From contig CM035355.1 in NCBI GenBank assembly GCA_020137815.1, positions 4,030,001 to 4,094,000 of the forward strand: 64,000 nucleotides of DNA, written 5' to 3'. This document shows, piece by piece, positions 1 to 12,877 of this stretch. Numbering within the stretch: position 1 is the first letter of the stretch; every line of letters starts with the position of its first letter. A program made the position numbers and the translations under genes. Below the pieces are notes generated by a model. The model saw only the letters and a list, made by a program, of their open reading frames with translations, was not told the DNA's origin and did not search any database. Origin of the DNA: Hormiphora californensis (taxonomy: Eukaryota > Animalia > Ctenophora).

Positions 1-1033
1 TCGTAGATCATGGTAATCAAGGCGGAGGTCAGATGAAAAAAATGAACATCGATTCGAGGAAAAATTCGTTATTTTAAAGAAACTTTATATATCTACCTCT
101 GTATTCAACTGTTGCGAGTGGATCATGTAGGCCAGACAGTGAGCAATTTCCACAACCCTAGGTGCCAGAATCATGTCATTAAAATCGATCAGGCCCATCC
201 CATTATCATCATCGACTAACAGATTATACTCGTTAATATCTCCATGAGACAACTGTACTGGTAACTCCTTTAGACCCTTCTCCATTCTTCTAACACACTC
301 CATCACTTTCTCTCTGTCCACTCCCTCAGGAAGTTTCCGAGATGATAGATTCTGGGAGGTGAACCTTGGATCCCAGTCGAGCTCCCGATGAAAATCGGAG
401 GAATCAACACCAGCCATCCTTGAGAGATATCTGGGCGACAGTACGACCCAGGGAGAGCCAGAACGATGGGGGTTGGGGCGTGGACCCTAGAATGTCACCC
501 GGTATACGTTGGAAAAGGACTAAAAGTCCTTCAGAGACCTGACAAAATAACATCATCACATCATGGTATTACGGTTAAAATGCGGATTATATAATGCATA
601 ACTTGTGTCTGTAGAATTCTATAATTTGGTGCGAACACCGGACGAATGGAAGCTTGCATTTTTCCTAAACATACCTCGACAATGGAAGTCTTTCCACTTG
701 CAAGACGAACTTTCGGAGTGTTAAACCCGTCCAAAGCATCAAGAACTCGAGCTAGAACAGTCAGCTGCTCTTTGTTGATTAGAGTCGTATTGTAGTATTT
801 TGCTATCAACTTTTCTCCATATCCTTCTGGAATTGAAATTGGCGGGTAAAAATATAAGGAGAGAAAGACGAAAGTTGAAAACAAGCTGTACTAATCTACT
901 GACCGGTAGAAAAAGAAAACATGCGATCATCATACGATTCGAGTTCTCGAACACTATCCAGGTCAGGCCGGATTGAGTAATGTTTCTCCAAATCATTAGA
1001 TAATTCCTTCAATGTCACATTTGGTCGGGACAT
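1..1033 (-). CDS. HYKK: Hydroxylysine kinase / aminoglycoside-phosphotransferase-fold kinase, spliced, probably continuing beyond the window edge
   Basis: ATG at 1033 gives MSRPNVTLKE...VRELESYDDR (family xSYDDxNF motif). Further exons ~825-675 and 538-97, the latter containing the Brenner motif HGDINEYNLLV and GLIDFND. One extra base near 418 separates VSEGLLVLFQRIPGDILG from the ORF at 85-417. Confidence 0.8.
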
Positions 1034-1289
1034 TTAGTGATCTGGTCAACTGAGGGATTCAACGTGAAACAGTGGCCGAAATGGAGTCAAAATGGTTCAA
1101 GAAGTGATGGAGGTGAGATTACAATTTCAGAACCAACTGCGATAACAATCTACTTGAGTTTCAAAACCTTGAAAAAATAACACATAGAATGCTCGGAAAG
1201 GAAGGCAGAAGGAAGTAAAGGAACCATGTGTGCAAAGAGGGGTGAACAACAATTCAAGGAACAAGAACAAAGTACATGAGCACTTGACG

Positions 1290-1600
1290 TAGAAAAAAAC
1301 CGCGATCATCATAAGTCGAGTTCGAACACTATCGGGTCAGGTACTGGATGGAGTATTTCTCCAGATATGAGACACTCCTTCATGTCACATTAGGTTGACA
1401 TCTAGTGATCTGTACTGGCTTCAAACGTTAAACATTGTCCCGAATGTCCAAAGTGATGGAGGTGAGTACAACTTACGGAACACACGCATAAGCAATACTT
1501 GGTTTCAAACCTTGAAAAAAAACATATGAACGCTCGGAAAGAAGCAGAATGATAAGGACACTTTAGTAGGTGTACGTAGAAGAGGTGACAAAACACCATA
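1290..1600 (-). repeat. Indel-riddled tandem duplicate of the HYKK 5' region (~905-1240)
   Basis: Blocks GCGATCATCATA, GAACACTATC, ATGTCACAT, AAGTGATGGAGGTGAG, AAACCTTGAAAAAA and GCTCGGAAAG recur colinearly at offsets of ~340-380 bp with many small indels. Confidence 0.75.
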
Positions 1601-1821
1601 CAAGTTCCACAGAAGACACTCACTTATAAAGGTCCTGCAGCTGTGGTACAAATAAAATATACCCGGCCCCTCAAGGGTAATACATGACAATTAATAGTGT
1701 ACTACTGTCTACTATTGCATCGATTAGCCCTTGTTAATTCGTTGACTCCCTTGCTCCCTTCTAGCGAGAAGTTTGAAATATTTTTTCCAGCCTAAGAAAT
1801 ATCCTAGCCAATATATATATT

Positions 1822-4800
1822 CTATAGCACATTCTGAACAAGTGGCACAGTTTCATTTTCTTCTCCTTCGGGGTAAACAATATCAAGGGTCTCAGAGAAA
1901 TGGTCAGGTAGTCGTCGTCCCTTCGTCTCAGGCAGCCACCAGGACGCAATAGCCGGACCGAGCTAACAGGAGAGGAGAATGTTATTGAGAGTTCAGTAAA
2001 GAGCAATTGTACAATAATTAGCAACGAAATTATTCTTTCCCAGGTCCACTCGACAAGTGTAACAGACTACAGAAGGATATGTTTCAATATTTAATGTACC
2101 GCGATTGAAGAAGAGATAAGGAAGGGAAGGATATCCCATACTTCCACAGTCAATATTAGCGGGTTAGCTACCATACCACCAATCTGAATTGAATTCGGAT
2201 TTAAAATACGCATGTGTTATTTCCTTTATACCTAATGTAGGGCAATGATGATTTCTCAAAATGGGAAGCATTCGTTTATCAAAACTATGGATACGGGGAA
2301 GTGACGAAAAAAGAATTCGTTTAGTTTACCTCCCCTACAGCGATACACCCAGCAGTAACACGACTTCTCATTGTGGTAGGATACACCTCCGCAAGATACA
2401 GGTAAACGTAGTTGAAACTGATCGCTGCGAACGCCTAAAGTGCGTTGGACAAAATCAGTTTGGGGACGAGAAAATCGAGTGATAACTGCAATAAGATTTT
2501 AGGGCTAATTTTATTTTTGAATCGGGACTTACCATGCAAAATACAGCGCTCGTAAGACGTATCTCTTCAACACAACACAGATAGCAAAACAATATGGCGG
2601 TCAGTTGAGTAAAGAAATTAACTGTCCTCCTGCTGTACCTGATGTATCAAAATATGTTGGTTCTAAATGATGCTGCTCTTTTCTAGAAAGCGTATACAGT
2701 CGGACCCCGATTTAGTTTGGTAACGAAGTTACCCCTCCCTTGCCGGCGCGCGAAGCGCGCCAAACGAAGGCCGCGAAGAGTGTGAGGTGTCTTGGATACC
2801 AACGATTTAGTGGCCCCCGATTTAGTGGCCCCCGATTTAGTGGCAGGATTTTTCCCCCGATATAGGAAATTAACATTATTTGACCCCGCTTTAGTGGCAC
2901 CCCCGATTTCGGATTTAGTGGCAGGATCCCCCCCCCCCCCCCCCCCCCCCGAGGATGCCACTAAATCGGGGTTCTAGAAAGCGTATACTAACGATCATAT
3001 CAAACTAAATGTATTTGAAAAGTGCTTCAATTACAGTGTGATTACTAACCCTGAGCAGAAATGAATCAGGAAAGCAGAGGGAAGGTCGGAGGCGGCGAGG
3101 AGCCAACAACTCAGGTAGGGCGAAGAAGAGATGTTTTCAGCAGAGAACTTGAGCATGTAGTAGAGGAGAACGTTTGCCATAGTTGTCAGGTAGAATGTTA
3201 CCGTAACGAAAACTACTCTCGGGTGACGTAACATCTGCCACAGACTTTCACGGCCTAAATGAAGAGATGGAGTGACACTGGGGTTTTCTCGTAAACTCTC
3301 AACGTTAATCGTGGGAATAAAGGCTACCTTTACTACTACTTTGGGGCCGTTAGTACGAAACTCCCAATGGGTATTGGGTACAACAAAGAAAAGTGGGAGA
3401 GTGGTATACCGTCTTGAGTTTTTACCGGCAGGTAAATATCATCCTCCACATTGGATATCTTGTGAATAGGGAGGCCGTTCATCTTACTAGCAAACTGAAC
3501 ATTCCGTACAGCACTTTCCTTCTTGGAGTGACAGAACAACCACCTAGAATTACGGGGTAAACCATTAAATTTACCAAGTCACACCGTGATGATGATAATA
3601 CAAATTATAGAATTTCCCACCTTGGACTCTCCCGTAAAGCAGGAAGCATTAGAACGAATATCACTGCTCCGACAATCGAGAGAACGAAAACTAGATCTCG
3701 CCAGGGTCGGATGAAATATGCTGCGAGAGAGAGAAGAAGAATCAATTATCTGTCTTCAATAATCTTTGTTCATAATTTCAAAGAAAAGTAATTTTAGGTA
3801 AAGCAATTTGGGGAGCAATTTTGTTGATTACCGATTGTGCCAAAGAGCGCAAAAGCGATGCTTCCGTATACGATATGTACAACCAAAGTGAGAGATCTGT
3901 TCCTAGATCCACCCCACTCCGCTGCGTAGACACAGGCTGTATTCCAGTGGCAAGCTGTAAACCCTAAAATCATCATCAGCGATTAGCAAGAGCTGAGAAA
4001 ATCATTCCTTGTTCACTTCTAACAGTATATAGCAATGCCACAGCCCCATATAAGTCACCGTGTTTTCTTGAATAGTATAATATGAGAGTAGTAATTGACG
4101 TGTCTCCAATTAGTACCTGCGGCTGTCCTAGCAAGAGCGTAACATAGGAAGTTGGGGGACCGGGAGGTGGCAAACAGGATTAGTGTGTTGATCCCTTGGC
4201 AAATGTGTAGACAGGGCAGCCGTCCTATTTTATCACCCAACCAACCCCAGAACACGCACCCAAATATGTAGCCGAGGAAGGCATAGGATGAAACTAAAAC
4301 AGAGTTATATAAAGGGTGGGTTGGAGGAACTCATCCTAAAACGGAGTTGAAATGTCAAGACAATATAGGACATACCCACTGTGTTTACTCCTGACATCAA
4401 ATAAAAGTTGCAGTTGAATTACCTATTTTAGATTTGTATGCTTCTGGACCGATAAGGTTGAATTCAGAGACAATGGATAGCTCAGGTTGATCGTATTCGA
4501 AGGAGCATCGTCCCCGGCCTGCTCTTAGAACATTACAAGGACCCCTGCACAGGTTTGTGGTTCCATTTGAGTCAGTGAAGTAACAGGTCGGGGTGAGGCC
4601 AGTGAAAACCTGGAAAGAGATCCATGATGTTAAGGCCAGAGGGGGGGTCGAATTTTCACTTTTGGTCCGGCTCGACCAGATGGAAAAGTTGGAACCCCAA
4701 AATTCGACTTTACATCAGTGTTGTTGAAGATGTTCAGTGGTTAGCCTATAAATAGGATAAACTATTAAATGTACCTCTAAAGTCAGTGCAAAGGTGTGCA

Positions 4801-4894
4801 TGAAAATGGTAAGGGATGATACGAGGACAATGAAAATTTGGTATCTCCCCACATCTCCTCCCGATAAAACGAAATCTTCCAAAGTTACTCGCAT
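1822..4894 (-). CDS. SLC22-family (MFS) organic cation/anion transporter, multi-exon
   Basis: N-terminus MRVTLEDF...GDVGRYQ, MFS motif A GWLGDKIGR, YAAEW, RESPR|W, and C-terminal LPETKGRRLPD. TAG stop at 1824-1822; GT-AG introns visible. Confidence 0.9.
2697..2972. mobile_element. pogo/Tc1-mariner-type MITE in an SLC22 intron, right TIR truncated
   Basis: TA|CAGTCGGACCCCGATTTA left end, internal CCCCGATTTAGTGG repeats, right end TAAATCGGGGT. Same TIR as 37730-38473. Confidence 0.8.
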
Positions 4895-5166
4895 ATTAAA
4901 AAGATCACGAAGGAGAAATGATGGTCTCGAGCAGTGTGCCACTCCCTTGGATTGAGTACACAGAGCTATAATGCCCCTGATAATGGCGGCTCTCTCTCTA
5001 TCTCTCTTACTCTATCTCCCCCTCTCTCTCTCTCTCCCTCTCTCTCTTTCTCCCCTCTCTCTGATTCCCTCTCTTACAAGGGTGTGTGTGTGTGGTGTGG
5101 GTGACTAAAAGCAGTTGAGCTCAACAGTGGTATAACATTTCACTGATAAAGAACACTTTCCTTGTG
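4895..5166. promoter_or_regulatory. Short divergent (probably bidirectional) promoter region with CT and GT microsatellites
   Basis: Only ~270 bp separate the head-to-head ATGs of the SLC22 and DOCK genes. Confidence 0.5.
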
Positions 5167-8100
5167 ATGTGGTACCGTTTGCCTGTCGAGCGGCAGCTTG
5201 CTGTTGCAATCTACGATTTCAAGTAAGAGAATTCATTTTTCAACTTCTATTAAAAAGCTCATTAAAATTTATAGTTTTGACCCTTGTTTCTGTCCCACAG
5301 GGAGCAGTCGCCTTTGTATGCTGATTTGCAGCGAGGCGATCTTGTTATTTGTACCCTAACCTATGGAGATCAGGTAACCGATACTACTCATTCAACCCAG
5401 TCTCAATTTTAGACAGGGAGAAATATAATAGTTGCAACATATAATTCTCTCGCTCTCTTATAAAATGTGTAACACACACCCCTAACCTACCTCTTTCAGT
5501 GGCTACGTGGATACACCATACAAAAGGGTCCCCAGAAAGCAGGAGTTTTTCCCGTCAACCGAGTAAGAGTCCTACAGCGTGAGGATGTTGAAGGAAGGGA
5601 GGAGACATTTTACTGGAAGACATGGGCTAAACTCCTGTGGTATAAAATATTAGAGAACTATGAAACAGAAAACTTGAATCAGAGTTTGGATCTAATGAGG
5701 AAGTTAGATAGTGTCCTATCTAGCAGGCACAACCAGATGCCCCGACTTCGCAAACTCGCCTCACTTCTCGGTATCGAGTTACCGGGAATTGGACTCATCC
5801 AAAACTCTGAGACAATACCATTTTCGGAGTTGGCTAAAACGTGCCAAACGTCAAATGCAGTCAAACCCACTGCACGTTTCCTGGCTCTTGATCTAGGTGA
5901 TATGAATTGTGCTTCCTTCCGGCCAAACTCCAAATCTTTCCTGTGTCTCTGTTTGGTGGATGAGAGCAGTAAAACGGAGCTCTCGGAGACTGTTCGACTC
6001 AGTTTCATGGGTGACATGCAAGGGCAGCTTCCCCGTCTGGGAAGAGTCGTGTTCCGAGATGTCAAGGACACCACCTCGATAAACAACATGACACTGCTAA
6101 TTAGGTGTCTCTGCTTTGCCCCCATAGACGAGTCGGTGAAGGGAACTCCCAACGTCATCAAACAAGTTGCTTGGGGCTCATTCTCAGTTATTGAACTCCT
6201 CAAACCGACCACTGACAATAATCTTAGTCTTGTATCGGGATCCCAAACGTCAGACTGGAGCTTGAAGAAGTATGCAAAATCTCAAGCATCTCTTGGAAAG
6301 GGAAGCCTCAGAGCTAAGTTATCCTGGGTAAGAGGTCCCTCTGGGGTGACTGCATACAACATCTGTGTGATGCGTCGGGAACCACCACTACCGTTTACTC
6401 GGGTTTATGTTACACTCAATTCGGGGTGGTTTGAAAAGGGGAAGAAGAAGAGTGAGAAAAACGTTGAAATTTCGCTGTGCGTGGTGGACCAGACTGGAGA
6501 AGCTATCGGGAATTCCATCGTTGAGGGAGGAACCAAGACGGCCCACTTCCGATCTCAGGTCATTCGTCACTGTAACACCCCAGAGTGGCGCCAAACCATT
6601 GCAATTGAGCTAACAGATGACAACATTAAGAGGGGAATACTGAAGATGACCTGTACCCATGTTTCAAGTTCGGAGATCAAGCAGAAATCAGCCCTTAGTT
6701 GGCTGACCTACGTTCCCCTAGTAACCGAGATGGGGACCGTCACTCCTGATGGACCTTACACGCTAAGATTGTTACCAAAAGGAGCCTACATTAGCAGGAG
6801 CTTGTGGAGAGAGGATGTCCAAATGATGGATCCAGTGGACAGGACGGTACAGAGGGTCAACATTTCATTGAAACTAGACTCTGTGACCATGACTGAGAGT
6901 TCTGCCGTGTTGAAGATTAAACAATGGAGGAGGTACAAGAAGGAGCTAACAACAGTTCTGAGTGAGCTGAAGGGGGTTGATTTCTCACGGTATGCCAACC
7001 ATACCGATGAGATCTTTGCAGCTCTATTGGAGATAATCGACAGTTGTAACGGGGGTGAGACTCTTGCACTTGCTGTTGGCGCAGTCCTCTCCTTCAACAA
7101 GTTTTGGTCTACGAGCGAAGGACTGAAAGTTAAATTATTGACGATAATTGACAAAGTGTCCCTGGTATCAGGAATTCTGAAGATAGCAGCGTGTGTCCGG
7201 TGGGCGGCTCAACAGCAAACCTCTGATCGGTTCAGATGCACTGCCCGAGGTCTGGGATTGCTGATGACGGTCATAAGTAGGAGCTATGTGAATTGTAAGC
7301 TGAAAGGTGCACTTGCAGAAGGAGAGTCACAGCGGTATAAGGTGGTTATTATCAATCTGTTGTCTCAGGTCTCTATAACCGACACAACCAACACTGACAT
7401 GATTCTAGTCAGCCTGTTCATCAAATCTTTCTTCGAGGCGCTAACAACTCTCTATTTGGATGACATTTTAACGGCTAACGAGCTTCTCTTCCACCTCATG
7501 GATACGCTCAAGAAACACCTCGCAATGATTGCTAACGTCCCATCAATGCAGGCAACGTATCTAGACATCCTGGCATTCCTAACAAAACCGGCACTGTGTT
7601 CCGACACCTCCATCCAGCAGCGATACTTCAAGGACTTTGTGCTGGTGCTGCAGCCTGTTGCTGGGTGTGAGCGGGAAATGGCAACGGTTGCCACGCAGCT
7701 GATTCTCCAGTGCAAGAAGATGATTTTAGAGGATTCCCAGGCTTTTGAAGATTCCATTACACTGCTGATGAGTTATGTTGAAGTTTCAACAACTAAATCG
7801 AATGGTCTCCCAGCATTTCTACTAGATGGCCTTGCCCTACTTTTAGAACCTCCACCGGGAATGGAGGAAGTCTCAAAAACTAACATTGAAAACATCTTGC
7901 GAACCATTTTGGAAAACATGCCGGCGACATCTCAAAAACCTGGTCAATTATCTTGGGATACTGCTAGGCTGATAGCGTATAGCAGGAAACTAAAACTTGC
8001 CATGAGGGTCCTTCAATTTGGCTTGGAGGGAGACTTCCACCAAATCATATACGATTCAGTTTCACTGGTTGGTAACATTCTCAAGTCCAACAACCTAAAA

Positions 8101-10249
8101 CTGACAGCTGATTTGTTTCCCTACCTCTCGTTGGTCCTACAGATGGGCACACTAGAACGTGAGGCAGCTGCCCTGGTCGCGACAAGTATCAGAGAACTTC
8201 GACCAGCGGAAACCCTCCCTACGGACCTGGTTCCTACAGTTATCCTGATCGGTGTTCACAGCGACAACATGGAATGGATGGTTGAAACTGTGTCTTGCCT
8301 TCTTCTAAAACTTCCTGATTCTCTTAGTGACGTTCTGGAGAACCTGCACACTTATAGAGAGTACTTTCAAGAGACTGCGAAACCAGTCTCCTGGCCTGAA
8401 CATCTGGTTGATCTTCAAACCCAAATGGACTGTTTCACCGTACTACCCCCACAGAGCTACACCAACCTCTCCATCTTCGACATTGTGTACATTGACGCCT
8501 ATGCCAAGCTAATCCAATTTTATGCAAATAAAAAGTGCTGGACAGCCTTCAAAGATTGCTGTGATGAGTACAAATCCCTCCTCTTGAAAGGAGACGCTCA
8601 ATTCGAGGCGGCTCATTTGAGTGTCTTTGCAGACGAAGTGAGTCCTACCAGCCCTGGGGATTTGATGGAGGTAGTGGAATTATTCTCCACGGAGAACCAA
8701 TGGGAAAATGCTCTGAGTGTCCTTGATGTGATGAAGAAACGAGCTGATTATTCCTCGAACACAGACAAACCTACACTCTTGAAACTTGCTGAAATCTCTG
8801 AGCAAAGTGGTGTTCTTTACAGGAACCTTGCTGAAAAACCACACATTCCCTTCCATTATTTTCTGGTCTCTTTGATCGGCAAAGGGGCCCCTGGGAACCT
8901 CCGAGGACGGCACTTCGTAGTTAGAGGGAAACCTCTTGAATCACCCAGGGATTTTTCAGCGAGAGCGTCGGAATACTTCAAGGGTTGGGAGCTTCTAGGG
9001 AGCTCAAAATTCCCACCGGAAACCACAGACACCGCGAATAAGGGATTGAACATAATACTGGTGAAGAAGGAAAGCTCCCAATTCCTCCACGAGCGATGCT
9101 GGGTTAGAAATTCCTCCTGTAAGAACGAACTGCTTCGAATGGGTTACGAAACGACAACCATTTCGATTGATACATCTCTTCAAATAACACCCTTCTACGA
9201 AGGTAAAACAGTGGAACACACGTGAAATTCCCCCAGTTGAGATGGCGCTACTCCAGATACAACGGAAAACCACCGAACTAAAGATCGAAGGTGCTAAGTT
9301 TGACTCGGATAATGGTTGTGTTAGTCACTTCCAGATGCTTCTAAACGGTGTTATTGATGCAGCTGTCAATGGAGGCACTGAGAAACTGCAAAGTACCTTC
9401 CTCTGCCCTGAATTTGAGGCTAATCAACCACACCTCAAACCATTTTGTGATGCCCTTCGTGCTGAGATTGAGATCCAGAGGGATCTGCTGACATGGTGCC
9501 TCGAGATCCATGATAGAGTTTGTCCTGAGGAGCTGAGGATGCTGCACGAGAAAATGGTCCGGCAACACCACAACAAACCTGCACCAACAGTTAGTGCCAG
9601 CGGGGAGGCCATGAAACGGTTACACAACGGACCCTCGCCACTTGCTACAACTCTCACACGGAGGGACACGAAAATTGGCCGGAAATTAAAAAGGGTAACC
9701 TCGTACTTCTTCGAAAGTGGACAGCAGCGGGTAGATCTTCCTGAATGTAACATTCCGATGCGAGACAATCCTGTTAGTTCGGATCGTGAGGACTATGGTG
9801 AGTTAGAGTACATCTTCACCCAACTCAGCACCAGCCTGAGGTTGGATTTTGCAGTGGTTGACACTGCGAAGGAGGTAGAAGGAGAAAACATTGGCGGAGA
9901 AGTCCCAGCATTGCCACCGAAAAAGACGCAGCGACAGAAGCGACCCCAATCGTTGTTGGATATGCCGCTATCAGAGGAACCGGAAGAAGATGTCATCCCT
10001 ACACCATTTACTAGTCTCCCTATTTCCGCATCTGCACCTAGTACTTCTTCTCCTTTAACCGAAACTCTTGGAGTGGCTCCAGAAGATTTCAGTTTGAAGA
10101 CTTTGGCGAATACCTTTCGAATTACGGAACACCGTGAACGAAGATCAACATATGGGAAAAAGGATTTTGGTACAAAAATGAGTAGACAATTATCTTTAAA
10201 TGAGCTACGCGATTTAGCAGATAACAAGGACACGCCGAGCGAAGGTTAG
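5167..10249 (+). CDS. DOCK-family Rac GEF (DOCK-A/B type: SH3, DHR-1 C2, DHR-2, Pro-rich tail)
   Basis: Exons 5167-5222, 5301-5373 and 5500-10249 splice in frame. SH3 (VAIYDF...WLRG...GVFP), DHR-1 (KKSEKNVE, HCNTPEW), DHR-2 (LLNGVIDAAVNGG), PALPPKK. One-base frameshift at ~9202 joins ORFs 5674-9225 and 9242-10249. Confidence 0.92.
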
Positions 10250-10381
10250 CCAGTTTCTTCTTAGTTTTTTGATAGCTGGAATTATGGGAAATGTGTGATG
10301 ATGTCTGCAAAGTTGTTGTGTACTTTATGTTGTTTGATCTTACATTTTATGTGATATATTAAGCGTCTAATCATCTTGCAA

Positions 10382-10978
10382 TGTATATTATAAAGCAGAG
10401 AACCTTGCAAGACAAAATTTGGGGGAGGGGGTTTTAGGGTTTGCACGTGGAAAATTGACGTGTTGTTAGGGGTGTTTGGTGGGGTTTGGGGCGTGCACGT
10501 GCGGGTGTAAAGGTTTTATAAATTTGGGGGATAATAACTCTTTGGAAAGAGCTTGAGATTATATTTCTAATGAGCCCAAGATTTTTAAAATTGGTTGCGA
10601 AATGACGGAGTTATGGCGAAAATGGTGAAAAATGAGGGGAAATGTGGGGTTCTGAACTGCTTCAGATCACAGATTGAGAGAGGGGTGAGGCCGAGGGGAG
10701 TGTTCATTATGGCGTTATAGGGGAGTGAATAGAGGGTGAGATGGAGTGAATAGGGGACGATATGATTCAATAGGGGCCGAGGGGAGTCAATAGGGATAAG
10801 ATCAGGGGTGAGGACTGAGGGTAGTCAACAGGGGGAAGGGGGTGTGGAGTATGATCTCGCGACCGGAGGTGCCGCGAAGCGGCGCCGTAGGGAGCAAAGT
10901 AGGCATGGGTCAGGGATCAGGATTGAGAGGAGTCAATAGAGTGTGAGAGTTTTTTGTTCTTTTGCCTGGGCTCTCTAG
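10382..10978 (+). mobile_element. Non-autonomous Helitron, tandem copy 1
   Basis: 5' T(G)TATATTATAAAG, 3' GCCTGGGCTCTCTAG, internal GC hairpin GCCGCGAAGCGGC, no TSD. Confidence 0.7.
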
Positions 10979-11566
10979 TCTATATTATAAAGCAGAGAAC
11001 CTTGCAAGACAATTGGTTTTTGGGGGGTTTTAGGGATTGCACGTGGAAAATTGGGATGTTGTTAGGGATGGTTGGTGGGGTCTGGGGCGTGCACGTGCGT
11101 GTGTAAAGGTTTTCTAATCTTGAGGGATAATAGCTGATTTGAAAGAGCTTGAGATTATCTTTCTAATGAGCCTTGGTTTTTTGAAATTGGTTGAGAAACG
11201 ACCGAGTTATGAGGGAAATGGTGAAAAATTTGTAAGAAATGTGGGGCTCTGAACTGCTTCAGATCACAGATTGAGAAAGGGGTTAGGGAAGTGTTCATTA
11301 TGGCGTTATAGGGGAGTGAATAGAGGGTGAGATGGAGTGAATAGGGGACGATATGAATCAATAGGGGCCGAGGGGAGTCAATAGGGATAAGAGGGATGAG
11401 GACTGAGGGGAGTCAACAGGGGGAAGGGGGTGTGGAGTTTGATCTCGCGACCGGAGGTGCCGCGAAGCGGCGCCGTAGGGAGCAAAGTAGGCATGAGCCA
11501 GGGATTAGGATTGAGAGGAGTCAATAGGGTGTGAGAGTTTTTTGTTCTTTTGCCTGGGCTCTCTAG
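10979..11566 (+). mobile_element. Non-autonomous Helitron, tandem copy 2
   Basis: Starts TCTATATTATAAAG directly after the CTAG of copy 1 and ends CTAG. Followed by a third TC-start, TCCTTATTATAAAG. Confidence 0.75.
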
Positions 11567-12877
11567 TCCTTATTATAAAGTACAAATGAACGTCGTGAGT
11601 GTGATGTCCTATCATCACGTGCAAATAGAGGGGGGTTGCCAAGGACTAAGGAGGTGCTCTGGGAGGGGTATTGGAGGGGGATACTGCACGTGCATGTTGT
11701 TTGTTGTTTGTTGCGTGTTCCTGTGGTTGTTGTTGTTGGTGTTTGGGATCTACTGCTGGGGCCGCCATGATTGCAAAAGCTTTTCTACCTACGTACCCCG
11801 TTGATTCTCTACACAGCTACAATTCTATGGATCTTTATCACCTGATTCTACATGTTATTCAGAGGAATTTCTGTTGATGTTTATCACCAGCGCTCTACGG
11901 TCTACCAAACCCCGTATTCTTTACCCCGACATGGAGAGACAAAGAATATGAATATGAATATGAACTTCACAATTTATATCAAGTCAATATAAGAAAATAT
12001 ATGACTCTCCCGCTCTTACACTATACGTATAAAATATAGTTAAAAATTAAGTACATTAATATACGCTTCTAGGCCGAGGCTAATAGCACAACAGCAGTTA
12101 CCTAAAGCGGGACAAACACACACAGACGAACCAATGAGACGGGTAACAATGAGCTGAGAGCTAAACGGACAGATAGATTTAACCAGGTTTAATAAATTAC
12201 TAAAATCGAAAAGAAAAAGGCGAATAAGTTAGTTAAAAATACGGTAGTTACAAAATACCACCACACATACACTCACACTTATACCCCAAAACACACCCAA
12301 AAAAATAAAGACATACACAAAACACAAATAAGTTAAGTTAAATAAGTTAATTAAAAAACGGTCATCTCACAAGAGAACACAAAGGACCTAATTACATCCG
12401 ATTGACTTCAAACTTCATATTATTTCATTTCAAGTCAAACCTCACACCCAAAAAATTATTTGGAGCAATCGAAGAAGGTCGGGGCGTTTGTCACACCCTA
12501 ACAAAGGTGCACACACAAACGGACACAGCATACCTAGACTACTTGGAAACAGTAAATCATGTTCAGCACACATCGTTTACATAAAAATAGTAAGATTGTC
12601 ATTGATAAACACGTACTTATCATCACTTTCGAAGTGTTCATTTACAGTCTGCAGGAATAACTGCACTTTCAGCCGTTTTCGTAACGGTACACGTTTCTTG
12701 TAACTGTTTTCTCCTGGCCCATACTCGGCCAATTCTCGACTACCCTCAGACTCTACTCCACATCTCAGTTGCCAAGATCCTACTAACCCATACACCCACC
12801 ACACACAAACGAACAAGAATACGCACTCAAAAAACCCTAGCTCTGAACAATATGTGGAGGACGTCTCTCCTAACTCG

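Noticed and set aside
9203-9236. 34-nt GT-AG micro-intron that would repair the DOCK frame
   Set aside because: It would delete the conserved EV...EIxPxE motif; a single extra base explains the shift better. Not fully excluded.
5679-10233. Multiple antisense ORFs over DOCK (and similar ones over the RT genes)
   Set aside because: Shadow ORFs of real coding sequence.
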